Below are positions 1 through 15,040 of a stretch of DNA of 63,883 bases, piece after piece. Source of the stretch: Octopus bimaculoides (Eukaryota); NCBI RefSeq assembly GCF_001194135.2, contig NC_068990.1:31118476-31182358 (forward strand), read 5' to 3'. Numbering within the stretch: the stretch's first letter is position 1; each line of letters begins with the position of its first letter. The translations under genes and the position numbers were made by a program. The notes under the pieces were generated by a model that saw nothing but the letters and a program-made list of their open reading frames with translations, was not told where the DNA came from and ran no database searches.

Positions 1-33
1 GAGAAGAGAACTTTCGGAAAATTCACAAGATCC

Positions 34-695
34 NNNNNNNNNNNNNNNNNNNNNNNNNNNNNNNNNNNNNNNNNNNNNNNNNNNNNNNNNNNNNNNNNNN
101 NNNNNNNNNNNNNNNNNNNNNNNNNNNNNNNNNNNNNNNNNNNNNNNNNNNNNNNNNNNNNNNNNNNNNNNNNNNNNNNNNNNNNNNNNNNNNNNNNNNN
201 NNNNNNNNNNNNNNNNNNNNNNNNNNNNNNNNNNNNNNNNNNNNNNNNNNNNNNNNNNNNNNNNNNNNNNNNNNNNNNNNNNNNNNNNNNNNNNNNNNNN
301 NNNNNNNNNNNNNNNNNNNNNNNNNNNNNNNNNNNNNNNNNNNNNNNNNNNNNNNNNNNNNNNNNNNNNNNNNNNNNNNNNNNNNNNNNNNNNNNNNNNN
401 NNNNNNNNNNNNNNNNNNNNNNNNNNNNNNNNNNNNNNNNNNNNNNNNNNNNNNNNNNNNNNNNNNNNNNNNNNNNNNNNNNNNNNNNNNNNNNNNNNNN
501 NNNNNNNNNNNNNNNNNNNNNNNNNNNNNNNNNNNNNNNNNNNNNNNNNNNNNNNNNNNNNNNNNNNNNNNNNNNNNNNNNNNNNNNNNNNNNNNNNNNN
601 NNNNNNNNNNNNNNNNNNNNNNNNNNNNNNNNNNNNNNNNNNNNNNNNNNNNNNNNNNNNNNNNNNNNNNNNNNNNNNNNNNNNNNNNNNNNNNN
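34..695. other. Assembly gap (N run)
   Basis: Run of N. Confidence 1.
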
Positions 696-1799
696 ATAAC
701 TAATATGGCTATGTATCATACATTTTATAGATTTCTTTAATATCAACATTTCTGATTCGTCTACACCAGGGGTGGAAAAACCCCGTTCGTGGGCACAATT
801 ACGCCCGCGAGCCCATTTTATTGTGCCCGCATGCTAATATACTCGTATGTACAAAATATAGTAAAGTTTTCAATTATGAAATTAATACAATATTCATATG
901 CTTATTTGCAAGATAGGTCGCGTTTACTCTACTACTTAAATCGGTCAGATTCGAACAGAAATCGTCCGGTAATTGCCATTTGAATGGAAATTTTGTTATC
1001 ACTATAAAACACATATTGCTGTTTGTACCACCCCCTTGAGGCACTACTACATTACAGCTGAAAAATATGGAATACATCACAAGTAATATAAACGTCCTAA
1101 ATTCAGTGGCAGCGTTAACGATGTTACGCGTTAATTTAATGTGTTAAACTTATCATTATGAAGTTATATCGAATTATACTTAGATATATACAAGATTTAC
1201 GCAGATATAAATTAGAACTTGTAACCCGCCCGCGGACCTTTTTCTTTGGAAATTTTTTGCCGCTGCTCTGACGTTTCCCCACCCTTGGTCTACACCATTT
1301 CTGCACCTTGCAAGATTCTGTTTCTGCCACTCACCCCACCCCTCCCATTCTGTCATCATTTAATTTCTGTATCTAAATCCATACTTTTCAAGAAATATAA
1401 TTTTATTGTATTCATTCTAATACTTTCACACACTTACCCCTACTAATTTTTATCCATGTTATTTACTCTCTCTCTCTCGCTCTATCTATGTACCGCTAAA
1501 CGACGTAATTTGTCATTGTCTAAACTTAGTTTTATAAACATGAGGGTTAAAAAATCACGTTTATACTAAAATTTGATCGCATTCTCTTTTCATAAGGGTA
1601 TACATTTTAAAAGACAGTGAGCAAGTACTATAAACTATTAGTGAAAGAAACGCCACCCTTGATTGCTATGATTGAGAGACTTAGAGGTATTAAAGAAGTA
1701 AGTAGACAGTAAATGGAGAATTAACAGGAATAAGATGGGCGGAAAATATATATGTAGACGTAGATTCCAATTTTCATTACTTCTATTTTAACCTTCGTT

Positions 1800-2200
1800 T
1801 CACCAAGCTTGCACAAGAAGGTAGGTCATCTCTAGTACTGTGGATACTCTGTCATTATGGTTTGTCATCTTCATAAGATTCAGCGTTCTGAGATCAGTCT
1901 TCACTACTTCATCCAATACTTTCCTCAGATTCTTTTTACTTTGAGCGCTCTGCACTTCTTCATACAGCTGTCCTCTTCCATACTCATTACATGTGCGGTC
2001 TTCCCTCTAGCACACTACATTTGATTTCCCTAACATCCTGTTTTCTCTCAGTTCATTTGTGTTGTCGTTCATGCACACTTAACATCCACACATTAAGTGA
2101 ATTATACTCAATTCTTTTGTCATTTATTACCAACAGAAGTAATGGTTCCCTGAACTTCTTTCAACTCAGTGTGACAGGCTGCTGTTTTTAGAACACCCAC
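1800..2200 (-). mobile_element. RTE-clade LINE, decayed RT C-terminal fragment
   Basis: Minus strand reads HVMSMEEDSCMKKCRALKV, followed by a degenerate (W)DEVVKTDLRTLNL. This matches the RTE RT C-terminus. Boundaries are approximate. Confidence 0.6.
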
Positions 2201-2630
2201 TTCTTTTGCTAATTAGGCTATCTAGGTAACAAAGCTGGTCTGTTTTGGTGGGGTGCCTACTGTCCATTGAAAGAATTCTGTTTTACATGTATCCTTTGTA
2301 TACGCTGCTACTGTGTATCTACTTCGTGTCACACTGAGTTGAAAGAAGTTCAGGGAACCATTACTTCTGTAGATACTTTGCTGCTGTGTATCTTCTTTCT
2401 CCATTAACCTGCTCCTATGATCCTACTATACCACTTGTGCATCCATAATGTACCGTGGGTGTACCATATAGAATTTCTGATATCAAAAAGTTATTTCTTT
2501 GATGACAGATAGTCCTGTCTTCTCTGCTTATCGAATCTTTAGTTTTTGCTAATTGCTATATCCTTTACTCATACATTGTCAACTATACCTCTGCACAGCT
2601 CTTACAGGCTATTAGTTTATGTAGTAACCA

Positions 2631-2807
2631 AGGTGGCGAGCTGGCAGAAATGTTAGCACGCCGGGCGAAATACTTAGCGATATTTAATGTCTTTAGTTCT
2701 GAGTTCAAATTCCGTGGAGGTCAACTTTGCCTTTCATCCTTTTGGGGTCGATCTAATTGACTGCCCCCTCCTCCAAAATTTCGGGCCTTGTGCCTAGAGT
2801 AGAAAAA
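2631..2807 (+). mobile_element. tRNA-derived SINE (family A) with 17-bp TSD
   Basis: Head GGTGGCGAGCTGGCAGAA with B-box-like GAGTTCAAATTCC and an A-rich tail. AGTTTATGTAGTAACCA is directly repeated at 2614-2630 and 2808-2824. Confidence 0.9.
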
Positions 2808-3937
2808 AGTTTATGTAGTAACCACCACATTAGGGTATGAAACTGTCAAAGCATTTCTCTAGGTTAATGAATGCTAAATACAACAGCTTACTTTCTCAAT
2901 CGTATTATTAGGAATACGGCATTAATAGTATCTCTTACCGGCACAAAATCCAAACTGCATAGACTAGTTCTGTCCCTAAACAGTTTGCTGTAACTCTTCT
3001 AATAATTTTCGTAACCTGGTCCAACAATTTCATTCCTCTGTAATTTCCCTTCTCTAGTGCATTTCTTTTGCCCTTGTATAAGTTGAAAATAATACTTTTA
3101 TACCAGTGTAACACTTTCCTGTATTATCTTGCTATTTAAGAGTCTAACCTGTACCTTTCTTCAGATATTTTATGAATCTCAACTATTCTTCATGGACCAT
3201 CTGCTTTCTCTAGCTTCACATTCTAAATCACACTGACTCCTTGAAGTAGATTCCCTTTCTCCATGCATCTTCCACATCCAACAGCTTCTCATTTTACCTT
3301 TTCTTTTAAAAATATACACCCGATATCTTCTCTTCTAGCCTCTGGGTTCTGCTCTCTGCTGTCTCCTTCCAGTCTCTTTCACAGCTCAACCCATCCACTA
3401 CTATTTTATTATCTACTTCCTTCTCTCATAAATGCCAATCAAACCTTGCCTGAAATTTATACCAATTGAAGATTCTTTCAGTTTCCATGTCTCCCTTCTA
3501 GTTTTTATTTTAAAGTCACTAATCACTGATTTACATTGGATGGCATTCTTTACCAAGGAAAGATTTAACATCTACAACTGTCTAACCTGTTTCGTGATGA
3601 CAATGAAGATTATGTAATCATCAGGTATTTGTGTACATGTTATATATAGTTATTAAATCATTTACAGTTACTTCTCATCAGTCTCTTGGGCTCTCCAATA
3701 TTTCCTTGGCCACTTCACTACTCTCCAATCACCCCCCCCTTCTCTGCCTGTTTGAACCAATACTTATGGTAAACTACTTTGCTCTCGTAACTGAGAGCTA
3801 GCTAGGGGAACAAGAATTGCCTCCCAACTACACCAGTATATACATCAGCTACATCAGTCCTACTCAGCTATATGTAGTCACTACACCCAGAACCATACTA
3901 ATAGCTTTGTGAGACTTAAGATTTCTTGGTTTTCTGG

Positions 3938-5156
3938 GAATCAATTTTGATGAAAGTTTTCCCTGCTGGTTTGCACACTATGGCAACACCATTGTTAAGT
4001 TTTCATTCTGTGTAATATCCTTTCTTTTTTATTTCAAATTCTTCAGTTTTTGGGTGAACCATGCTAATAGCTTTTGAATGAAAATAGCCCATCTAGACAT
4101 TTTTTTTCCAGAAAATGAAGGGTAATGGTACATATTAAGCATACATTGAGTATATATTTAACAGAAAACCATAATAATATTATAACATTTACTGACATAA
4201 TGACTTATTTAGCCACATAAGTGCCAAGGAAGAAACGATCCAATTGTGGGACAGCCAAGACTGTAACAGCTAGGGATTTAAGGAATATTGGCTGGAAATT
4301 AGATGAGAAACCTGAACAAGCAAAGTCATTTTCTCCACCTCTGAACTTCCTCGTGTACTGAAAACCACCAGAAATCTCATCCTCTGAACTATGGCTTCTG
4401 TGTGAGAACACTTGAAACTGCCTCCTGACAAGAGTGAGGCTTCAATGGGCCCAAAAGAATATGACATTAGACATGAGTGTTCTGCTCACTGACAAAACCA
4501 GGGCAACCCTTGATGAACCAGAAGGTTTGGCAAATGGTCAGGTCTATTTTGGAGATGAGTGTTACCAACAGGGTAGAGGAGTCATGTTGTGGTCTGGTAT
4601 CACTAGAGACAGACTTGTTGGCCCAGTCAGGGTGCTTGAAGAGGTTAAAGTAACTCCAGCCACCCACTGGAAGAAGTCTTGGATCCCTGGCTAGATGACA
4701 CACATTCCTAGGGTCTTACGACACAAAAGGTGAAAGGTTGAAGACGTGGCTGCTAGCATCTCCAGATCTCAACCCTATTGAAAATCTTTGGTCCATCATT
4801 AAACAAGATGTTTATGCTGATGGATGCCAATTTACATCAAAAGATGTCTTATGGGCAATCATCAAAGCTGGAACAGAGGCAGAATTAACAGATTCCATGC
4901 CTAATAGAGTTTTTGAAGTTATCCATCGAAATGGCGCTCATGTGGCTAAATAATTCATTATTACCCTTCATTCTTTGAAAGAAAATATGTCTAGATGGGC
5001 TATTTTCATTCAAAAGCTATTAGCATGGTTCACCCAAAAACTGAAGAATTGGAAATAAAAAAGAAAGGACGTTACACAGAATAATGCAAACATAACAATA
5101 GTGTTACCATAGTGTGCAAACCAGCTGGGAAAACTTTTATCAAAATCGATTCACTG
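3938..5156 (+). mobile_element. Tc1-like DNA transposon, defective, long TIRs
   Basis: About 170-bp inverted repeats at 3938-4108 and 4981-5152. The right end is CACTG|TA. Transposase remnants are VYFGDE...GVMLWSGI (4434-4694) and SPDLNPIENLW (4738-4953). Confidence 0.9.
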
Positions 5157-5439
5157 TAAATGGAGAAATCCTAAATTTCACTCTTAAGCAATTAGCGTGG
5201 TTCTCCAACAAACATCTCGATCCATTCTTGTTTACCAACTCTTTCCCCTCAGTCCACTGTTAAAGGCTGCTGAAAGAGTTTTTCAACCAAAAAAAAGTGA
5301 TAAATTACTCATTTGATCTGTCAATAAACAGAAAATGAATGTAAGCCAATTTATGTAGCCAGTTTTAAAATGAAAACGAAAAACGTCGAGTTGCATTTCA
5401 TGTCAAATTTTGATATTTTGAGAGAAATATGGTGTCATT

Positions 5440-6073
5440 TGTATAAGAGTGAACTCGAAGTCAGTAGAGCCTGTGGAGGAAGGAGAGCAAGAAAGACTTG
5501 GATCAAAGTGGTTAAGACTGAGTTCAAGATGTTTCTGCTCATGAAAAAAGTCTTCTCACACAAACAGGACAAAACAGACATTAAAATGTGGTGATAAAGG
5601 CAGGGATATATAATGCATATATCTGGAGTATTCAACCTATTTTTCCTGCTGAGTCTCTCTGCTGCTTCCCGTCCCTGTTCACTGCACCATGCCATCTGTC
5701 ACACCAACCATTTCTACAACTACTCAACATTCATCAGCAAACGTGGCTGCCACTAGTGCCTCTCCCCAATCACAATGCCAGAGTAATGAGGAATTGCATT
5801 TGATCTGTTGGTATTTGGTGTACCTCCCCATTTGCCTTCCTGTGTTACAGCAAGCATTCCCTCAGGTCATTCTTACCATCATGCATGTTCTCCTTTAATA
5901 CTTAATATTACCTACACTCTCGGAGTGGTTGGCATTAGGAAGGGCATCCAGCTGTAGAAACTCTGCCAAATCAGATTGGAGCCTGGTGTCGCCTCCTGGT
6001 CCACCAGTCCTCAGTCAAATCGTCCAACCCATGCTAGCATGGAAAGCAGACGTTAAACGACGATGATGATGAT
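5440..6073 (+). mobile_element. RTE-type 3' fragment ending in family E tail
   Basis: GGRRARKTWIKVVKTE (RT C-terminus, in ORF 5370-5594). 5913-6073 contains TTGGCATTAGGAAGGGCATCCAGCTGTAGAAAC...AAACGA(YGA)n. Confidence 0.7.
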
Positions 6074-6768
6074 TACCTCAAAATTTGTACACTGATACTC
6101 CTTCTACCCCAGATCACTAATTACTGACATCCACCACACTCTGAACACTACTTCTACATCCATCATTTGTCCTCTTTTACATACAAACATGCAGCTGCTA
6201 CCAGTGTCTCTCCTTTATTTCATATCCTACCTCTCATCATAACTCCTGGACTGTCTTTCATTTCTTATTACACACTATCACCCCAACCACAGTTTCCAAC
6301 TTCATACACTCTTTTCTCTCTCTAGTTACTCTTAAAAAATCCTCTTTTCTACCTATTCTTGGTTACATTCCTGCACACAATTTTTTTCCTGACAATGTTC
6401 CTTGATTACTCCACAAGAAAGTGTCAATATTCAAAACATTAACAATTATACTTATGAGAAAAATAATTTGAACAACAAAAATTAAGTAGTGCATATGGTG
6501 CACTGAACATTGAATAAGTTTATGAGTGTACCAACAATGTCAAATATCAAAGGTATCTTTTCTATCTTCTGAAAATATGTGAGGTGGAATTCTTGCGAAT
6601 ATCCTGGAAGAATGCTTTTATTAAAAATAACACAATGCTATGTTATCTTCTTATAGTAGAGATTACACAAAATATAACTACAATCTTCTCTTTCCTGTAT
6701 AAATAAATGCATGATTAGATGAAATAATTTTACTACAGAATGTCCTTTAACATCCACTAAATGTGAAA

Positions 6769-8641
<1,873 letters not shown>

Positions 8642-9933
8642 CTGAAACATGAGAGAAACGGAGATACAGAGAATAAAGTAGAGATTCAACACAAGAATTT
8701 ACTGCATTTCTATACTAATAAGCTGTAGATATAAACGTTTAACTGAAATTACATAAACTAGTGGGAACGTTATCTGTTTGCCTATGACATTTCTCTTGTA
8801 GAATCTAAAAAAGCTTTTATTCCCCACCATTGTACATTACATAAAACCATAACAGATTAAAGCTAATATTTTTATTAATATGTTGAAAATTCCAAGCAAC
8901 TTATCTAAATTTGATTCATTGACACAAAATGATCCAATTAATAGAATCTCTTTCAATATTAAGTACCGAAAGATCGCCTAAATGCTTTGTTTCCTTCTTT
9001 TCTGATTTTAAAATATTCTAATTGTTCTTCCCTTGTTAACTGTGGCTTTTTTCCCCTGCTAAACTGATAATTTATAAATTCGGTGTTAAGAAAATTGGAT
9101 TTTGGAAGGATCAAATTCCTGTCTATATTCGTTCGTCTACTTCATTTCAATTGATAGATAACTTATTGTTATGAGTAACTATACAAGTAAAAAGGAGACC
9201 AGTAAAAAAAAGTACATTCTTTTCACTATTTCATTTCCAGAATCTGTTGTAAAAACCTAAAATAAATTGCAGCATACAACCTCAGACAAGCATCTACTCT
9301 TTCTGACTGTGTAACATTACATACATTGTTAAGCTACAGAATAGTGAGTGGTTAGTATTCTTGTACCTCCAGAAACGTGAACCGATTGATCAGAAAGTTG
9401 TTTTCACCGATGCTACAATTTTTATGGCAGATCAAGCAAAAATATCTTGAACGAAGAAATTATATTAATTACAAAAAAAAAAAAAAAAAAAAAAAAAACA
9501 ACATCTAGTATGTATATTTCACTTCAGTGATTAATGACGGTTAAAATGAGAAAAAGCAACCTGATCTTCGTTCTCTATATTTTAATTGGTTTAAGATATG
9601 GAACATTTGTTTAGCAACTGAAATTGAAGATGTATTGTTACACACTCAGGGACAGGAAAATTTAATTCACAGAAACAGTTTACTCACAAGTAATAACATG
9701 TAGTAATCCTCACGGTATAATAAGGGGAATGATAACGTATTAAAAAGAGAAAAATACCTCGCCAGTGGAATTTGGTAGACAGAAAAAGTGGAGAAAACTG
9801 ATGTATGCAGAAGTAATAAAAGGAAATTAATACAAATGGGAAATGGTGATAGAAGTCACTTCTAAGGTAAACACACCGCAGAAGATGAATTATTAAATTT
9901 TCATTGGTCAGCTTTGGTCAGGTGATAAAGCTC

Positions 9934-9991
9934 TGTGTGCGTGTGCGCGCACGCGCGTATATATATATGTATATATTTATATGTGCGCGCG

Positions 9992-10074
<83 letters not shown>
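9934..10074. repeat. Compound microsatellite (TG/CG)n-(TA)n-(CT)n-(TA)n
   Basis: Seen directly in the sequence. Confidence 0.95.
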
Positions 10075-10080
<6 letters not shown>

Positions 10081-10199
10081 TGTGCTTCAGCATGGCCGTG
10101 GTCAAATGACAGGAACAAGTAAAAGAATGCGTGTATAAATTTATATATACAAATTAAAAGGAAATTTATAGATATTCTAGAAATATAACAAAAATGAGT

Positions 10200-11060
10200 T
10201 CTCGCAATTACCATCACCAGCGCAGAACGAAAATATGTTTTCATGACGTCACGAAATCAAGCATCAGACAATGAACACCGGTCCTGTTAATTAACATAGT
10301 CCGTCGTATTTTCTCCTTTAACTGTGGTACTTGCAGGAAGGTTGCGAGTTCTACATACATCTGTACCGTTTCTGTCAACGAAATTCTACTGATAAGGTAT
10401 ATTTCTCACTTTAACATTGTATCATTCAATTATACCGTGTCTTTGTCGTAGAGTTGCTCAATGAATAACAGCTTACATTTGATCATATTTATTTGTTTAG
10501 GACTGAGTCTTAATGTGTCGGTCTCTGGAACTGCTTGAGGTTACTAAATTTTCCTCAATGGTTAATGTACTAGATATAGAAACTGGTTGTATTCTAAATT
10601 AAATGAACACGTTAATAAATTATAGTTTTTACTTAAACGATTGTAGAATTCGTAATAAAGAACAAAATGTATTATTTTATACTACTCTATATCATACCCA
10701 CGTTATTAACTGTGTCCTGACTTTGATAGCAACATTTCTGATAGTTTTCAGTTATTTAACCAAAAATATGTATTTTGAGAAGGTATAGTGTAGCTGATGT
10801 AGGCAAGGAAGAACTGGGTACAGGAGTTATCGTTGTAATCCCCATTAAATATAAATATCCGACAGTAGGATTAGATGGTAATGATTGTAATGCTAGATCT
10901 ACTCATTTGTGTTGACACGCTACTCAATAGCGACTGGGAAAGCTGGTTATGTACAATTGTAATGAAATGGCGTAAATGGTCAATAATTTAATCCGGCAGT
11001 CTTTCGGTATTAGTAGACGACGTCATTCTCCTTCTTTTTCAGCCTACCGTCTTTATTTAT
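10200..11060. promoter_or_regulatory. Candidate bidirectional promoter region between ZNF-1 and ZNF-2
   Basis: Locally CpG-retaining. Contains a perfect CRE TGACGTCA (10244-10251), CRE-like CGACGTCA (11018-11025), YY1-like AAATGGCG (10965-10972), a minus-strand donor G|GTAATT (10211-10206) and a plus-strand donor AAG|GTATAT (10397). Confidence 0.45.
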
Positions 11061-11655
11061 ATTGCCATTTGGACCTTTTAAAATATAGTTCATTTCCATA
11101 ATCCAAATCTCTTGATTTAAAGAAATATTTAATTAATCAATTTTTAACACTGAAAATACATTAAGCTGTTTAAGATATACCTCCACTCAAATGGGTAGCT
11201 TTTTTCTTTTTCACGAAGGATTGATCAATTCCTGGTCATTAATTAACAAGAATCTATAAAGCATAAATTAACAGCTTGCCAATTTAAACTGAAATGAAAC
11301 CAATATGATATTTGGCTACGTCCGTGTCAACAACAATTAAAATATTTCTAAATAGTAACTATAGATCATCGAAAGTAGAAACAAAAAATATATTAAAAAT
11401 ATTTTCTTTATTAGCCACAAGGGCTGGAGAGATACAATAAAATGCATTAAAGAACGTGTTTTTACTATATACGTGGAGCTGAACAAGGTTATATAATAAC
11501 GTTAGGAAGGATGAGAACATAACACGATAGATTAAGAATTGAGATAAAAACAACAGAAAAATATAAAATTGTGGCATCAGGACATTTATGGTTACCTAGC
11601 CTATATACAGGTAATGACCCACCTCTACATTTCTTCTTGCCCACCTGACATTGTA

Positions 11656-12809
11656 TTGAGTTGGCAAGGAAGTAATTTCGGTCGTTTAGTGTGAATTAAA
11701 AGTAATTTTTTTTTCATACAAAGAATAAACTAATCAATTATATATTTTTCACTTTGTTCGATGACCTTTTGCCATCTTTCTGGCAACTTCGTGATTCCGC
11801 GGTCAGAAAACTTCTGGTCCTTATCAACCAAAAACTAAAGCAAGTGCAAGGTCATGGCTATATGCTGGATGCGACATCATTTCAAAACCAAGCTCCAATA
11901 ATTTTTCACAAGTTAGCAAAGATATGTGTGGTCTAGCATTGCCATGGTGGAGTATGATTCCTTTATGATTTGCCAATTCTGGCCCTTTTTCTTTGATTGC
12001 TTCCTCCAATTTCATTAGTTGTTGACAGTAAACATCTGAATTGATCATTTGGTTCCTTGAAGCAGCACAAAATACACACCACCTTTGTCATCCCACCAAA
12101 TTGACAGCATAACCTTTTTGTGATGCAATCCAGCTTTTAATGTGGTTTGTGCTGGTTCATTATGCTTGGATAACGATCATTTTTGACTGATGTTATTGTA
12201 GACAATCCAATTTTCATCACCAGTGATGATTCGTTTCAAAAATAAGATCAATTTCATTGTGTTTCAGATGCATATCACAAATATTGATTCGTGTTAAGTG
12301 AATCTCTTTCGATTTATGTGGAACCCAAATATCGAGCTTCTTAACAAGTCCAAGATATTTTAAATGATTTTCAGTTGTTGTGTGTGATATATTTAACCTC
12401 TCTGCAATCTCTCGCACAGTTATGTGACAATCAGATTCAGTAGGTTGACTAGAATGTTGGTTAACTTTGTGTGAAAAATTTCCAGAAAAGAATTTTTTAA
12501 ACCATTTCTGACATGTGTGTCCTGTTAAGCAATCAACACCGTAAACTTCACGTATGTCTTTGTAAGCCTCAACAGCTTTCTTACTTTACGGAAATTAAAA
12601 AGCAAAATACGGCAAAAATGTTCGTTTTTGCACTCCATGTTGAAATTGACACTGAACTAACAGCTGTAAACAAAATTATGCACAATTTGCTTCTAAAGTC
12701 AGCTAAATATCAAATGTCAAAAAAAAAAAAGTCATAACACTGACAAAAGTCATTCAAAAAAATCGTAACTCTATTTGTGAAAAACGAGTTTACTTTCTTG
12801 CCAACACAT
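11656..12809 (-). mobile_element. Mariner DNA transposon, defective
   Basis: TIRs TTGAGTTGGCAAGGAAGTAA / TTACTTTCTTGCCAACACAT are flanked by TA on both sides. Transposase motifs are WVPH (12217-12417) and HHGNARPH...HPAYSHDLA (11824-12048); the catalytic D is mutated to G. Confidence 0.92.
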
Positions 12810-12849
12810 TATATTTCCTGAAATCATTAAAATCATTCATGAGCATCTT

Positions 12850-13900
12850 TTGAATTGGTTCATCTAAGAATGGACCTATATCTTCTTGACAAAAGTATGT
12901 TACTCATTCGTAAACATTTTTGTGTGGGCTTCACTGATATTTGATCTGCATGCTTTAGATTATATTGCATTAACTTCTGTTCCATCCACACTGGTTGCCT
13001 AAGTTACTTCCAGCTTATAACAATGCAGGCTATCCCTTATTGCCATTTCTGATAGCCATAAAGCCATGTAAGAGTTCAGCCTTTTCATCATATTCCTGGA
13101 AGCTTTCTGAAAGGCCTGTTGTTCACCCCCATCCCCCACCTTGCTTTTTTTTTTTTTCTCTTACCATTTTCCAAGCTGCAACCTGTGATACAAGTGGTGG
13201 TGCTTCTAGAGCAGCAGCTTTTTGATGCTGCTCAATCTTTTTCTGTTTATCCAGGGACCAAAAGCCCTCTAGTACATTTCACTGCCACAAGTGTAATAAC
13301 TGAATTTTCTGCCCTATACTGTCTTTTGCATTCACAATAGGGCACAATTCCAAAATGGCTTTGTGATTCTGGAAGGTCATTAAGACTTGGAAGTCTATGC
13401 TGACCCCTCCCAACTACATGTAATTTCTTATTATTAGTAAACTAAATGCCTATCCATATTGCTTTACAAAAGCAACAATAAACTGGGGTTTATATATTCC
13501 TGTCTGTTACCTTTGCCTTGCACTGCTTCATATACTGCATATGGTCAAGCTTTAGTTGGGGTATGTTTTGCACACAAATTCTACTTTTCTACACTCCTGA
13601 ATGTCAGACAAACAGTGCTGTGTGCTTTGTGCATCTCTACATGTCAATCTGTGGTCCAGATGTCAGCCACCGTTCCTGTTAATTGTTCTTGTGGGAGTAT
13701 CAAAAAAGCATGCACACACCCCTTGTGTGACAAAGGTAAATCAGTTTTTTTCCTGCTTGCTTTTCAGTATACTTTTCAGGCAAGGAAATGCATTTCTTTT
13801 CATTGTAATGTTTCCACTGGTCCACGTCAGATTGTTCATTGTTTGTATTTAAAATTTCAATCCTCAAGACAATCCAGGTAAAACTAACTCCATGTATGGA
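12850..13900 (-). mobile_element. Probable piggyBac-like transposase remnant
   Basis: The minus strand shows degenerate GNITM (GRNIT.DN), RTINRNG (GT.R.NR) and YM*LGGVSID (YN..MGGVD..D) in the expected order. It is heavily decayed. Confidence 0.35.
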
Positions 13901-14139
13901 TTTGTATGGTTTTGTAAATATGCATTAGTGTTTTTGTATTGTTGCTGAAAAAGTTCTTATCTTTGTTTTTCTGAAGATAAAAAATTTTCTATGTTTAAAA
14001 TGTTTCAGAATTTTTTAAAAACAATTTTGTTTGCTATTATTTTACTTTCAGAGGCAGAATTACTTTTTTAATTTTTCTCTTTAGGTGGAATTATCTCTTG
14101 TGGTTCGACACCCTTGTGAATGAAGCTCAACCAAAACAT

Positions 14140-14745
14140 CACTTGGATTGGCCAGACTGTCTGGTGCCAAGTCAGCTCCGCTGGCCACAACATTTGGTCC
14201 ATTCTCCTCATGCTCTCACCATTCTCTTCCACATTGTTCCAAACATTTTTCTTAAATCATCTTCCAACCTGATTGCAGATCTTTTGAGTGGTCTCTTTTG
14301 CTTGCGCGGGTACCACTCGACAACTGCACTGGTCCACCGACTGTCTGCAAACCTTGCAACATGACCAGCCCATTGTAGCTTTGTGTGGTGGTATTCTGTA
14401 ACAACATCATTCACTCCAGTTCTGTCCCTGATCTCTTAGCAAGATTTCCTACATCAACCTTTCCATGGCTCTCTGCACTATAAGCAGATGTCGTTCTCTC
14501 TTTGTCAAGGCTCAAGTCTCACATGTGTGTAGCATTGCTGGCAAGATTGTGCTATTGACAAGATTGACACAAGTTGCCTTGTCTAGGTTTGCCTTCAGCA
14601 CATCCCTCACTGAGTTCAATGCTCTCCATCCTGGTTTTACCCTTCGTGAGATCTCATTCTCTATCTCTCGTCTCATAGTCACTTCTTGACTGAGATACAT
14701 ATAGCTGCTCACCTCTTCTATTTCATCACCTCCGACTGACTGTTA
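14140..14745 (-). mobile_element. RTE-clade LINE RT C-terminal fragment
   Basis: YMYLSQE...EISRRVKPGWRAL...STILPAMLHTCET and KLQWAGHVARFADSRWT...WYPR. Confidence 0.85.
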
Positions 14746-15040
14746 GGTGAATGATCGGTATGCTCTCAGATCATATGTACTTGGTTTCTGTATGGTTGAT
14801 CTTCAGGCCGACTGCCAAGCCCCTGAAATCCAGTTTGTCCAGCATGTTCTCTGCTCTGGCAACCAAAATATATATAAAGAAAAATTACTTTCCTGGCAAA
14901 AATCTATTAAATACAATAAAAACTTGCTTTGTAAAATCATTCACATAACATAAGCAAGTAATAAATTCAGATTTAAAAATAAAAAACAAACTTGAAATAA
15001 TAAAAATTCCTGTTCAAGCTGACCAATAATAATAATAATT

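Noticed and set aside
1136-1330. Basic 64-aa ORF (MAETESCKVQKW...)
   Set aside because: It starts at GTG, has no recognisable homology, and no supporting exon chain is visible.
9904-10244. ORFs with SLSLSL/IYIYIY/RERERE runs (also 33117-33502 and 57750-58014)
   Set aside because: They are translations of dinucleotide microsatellites.
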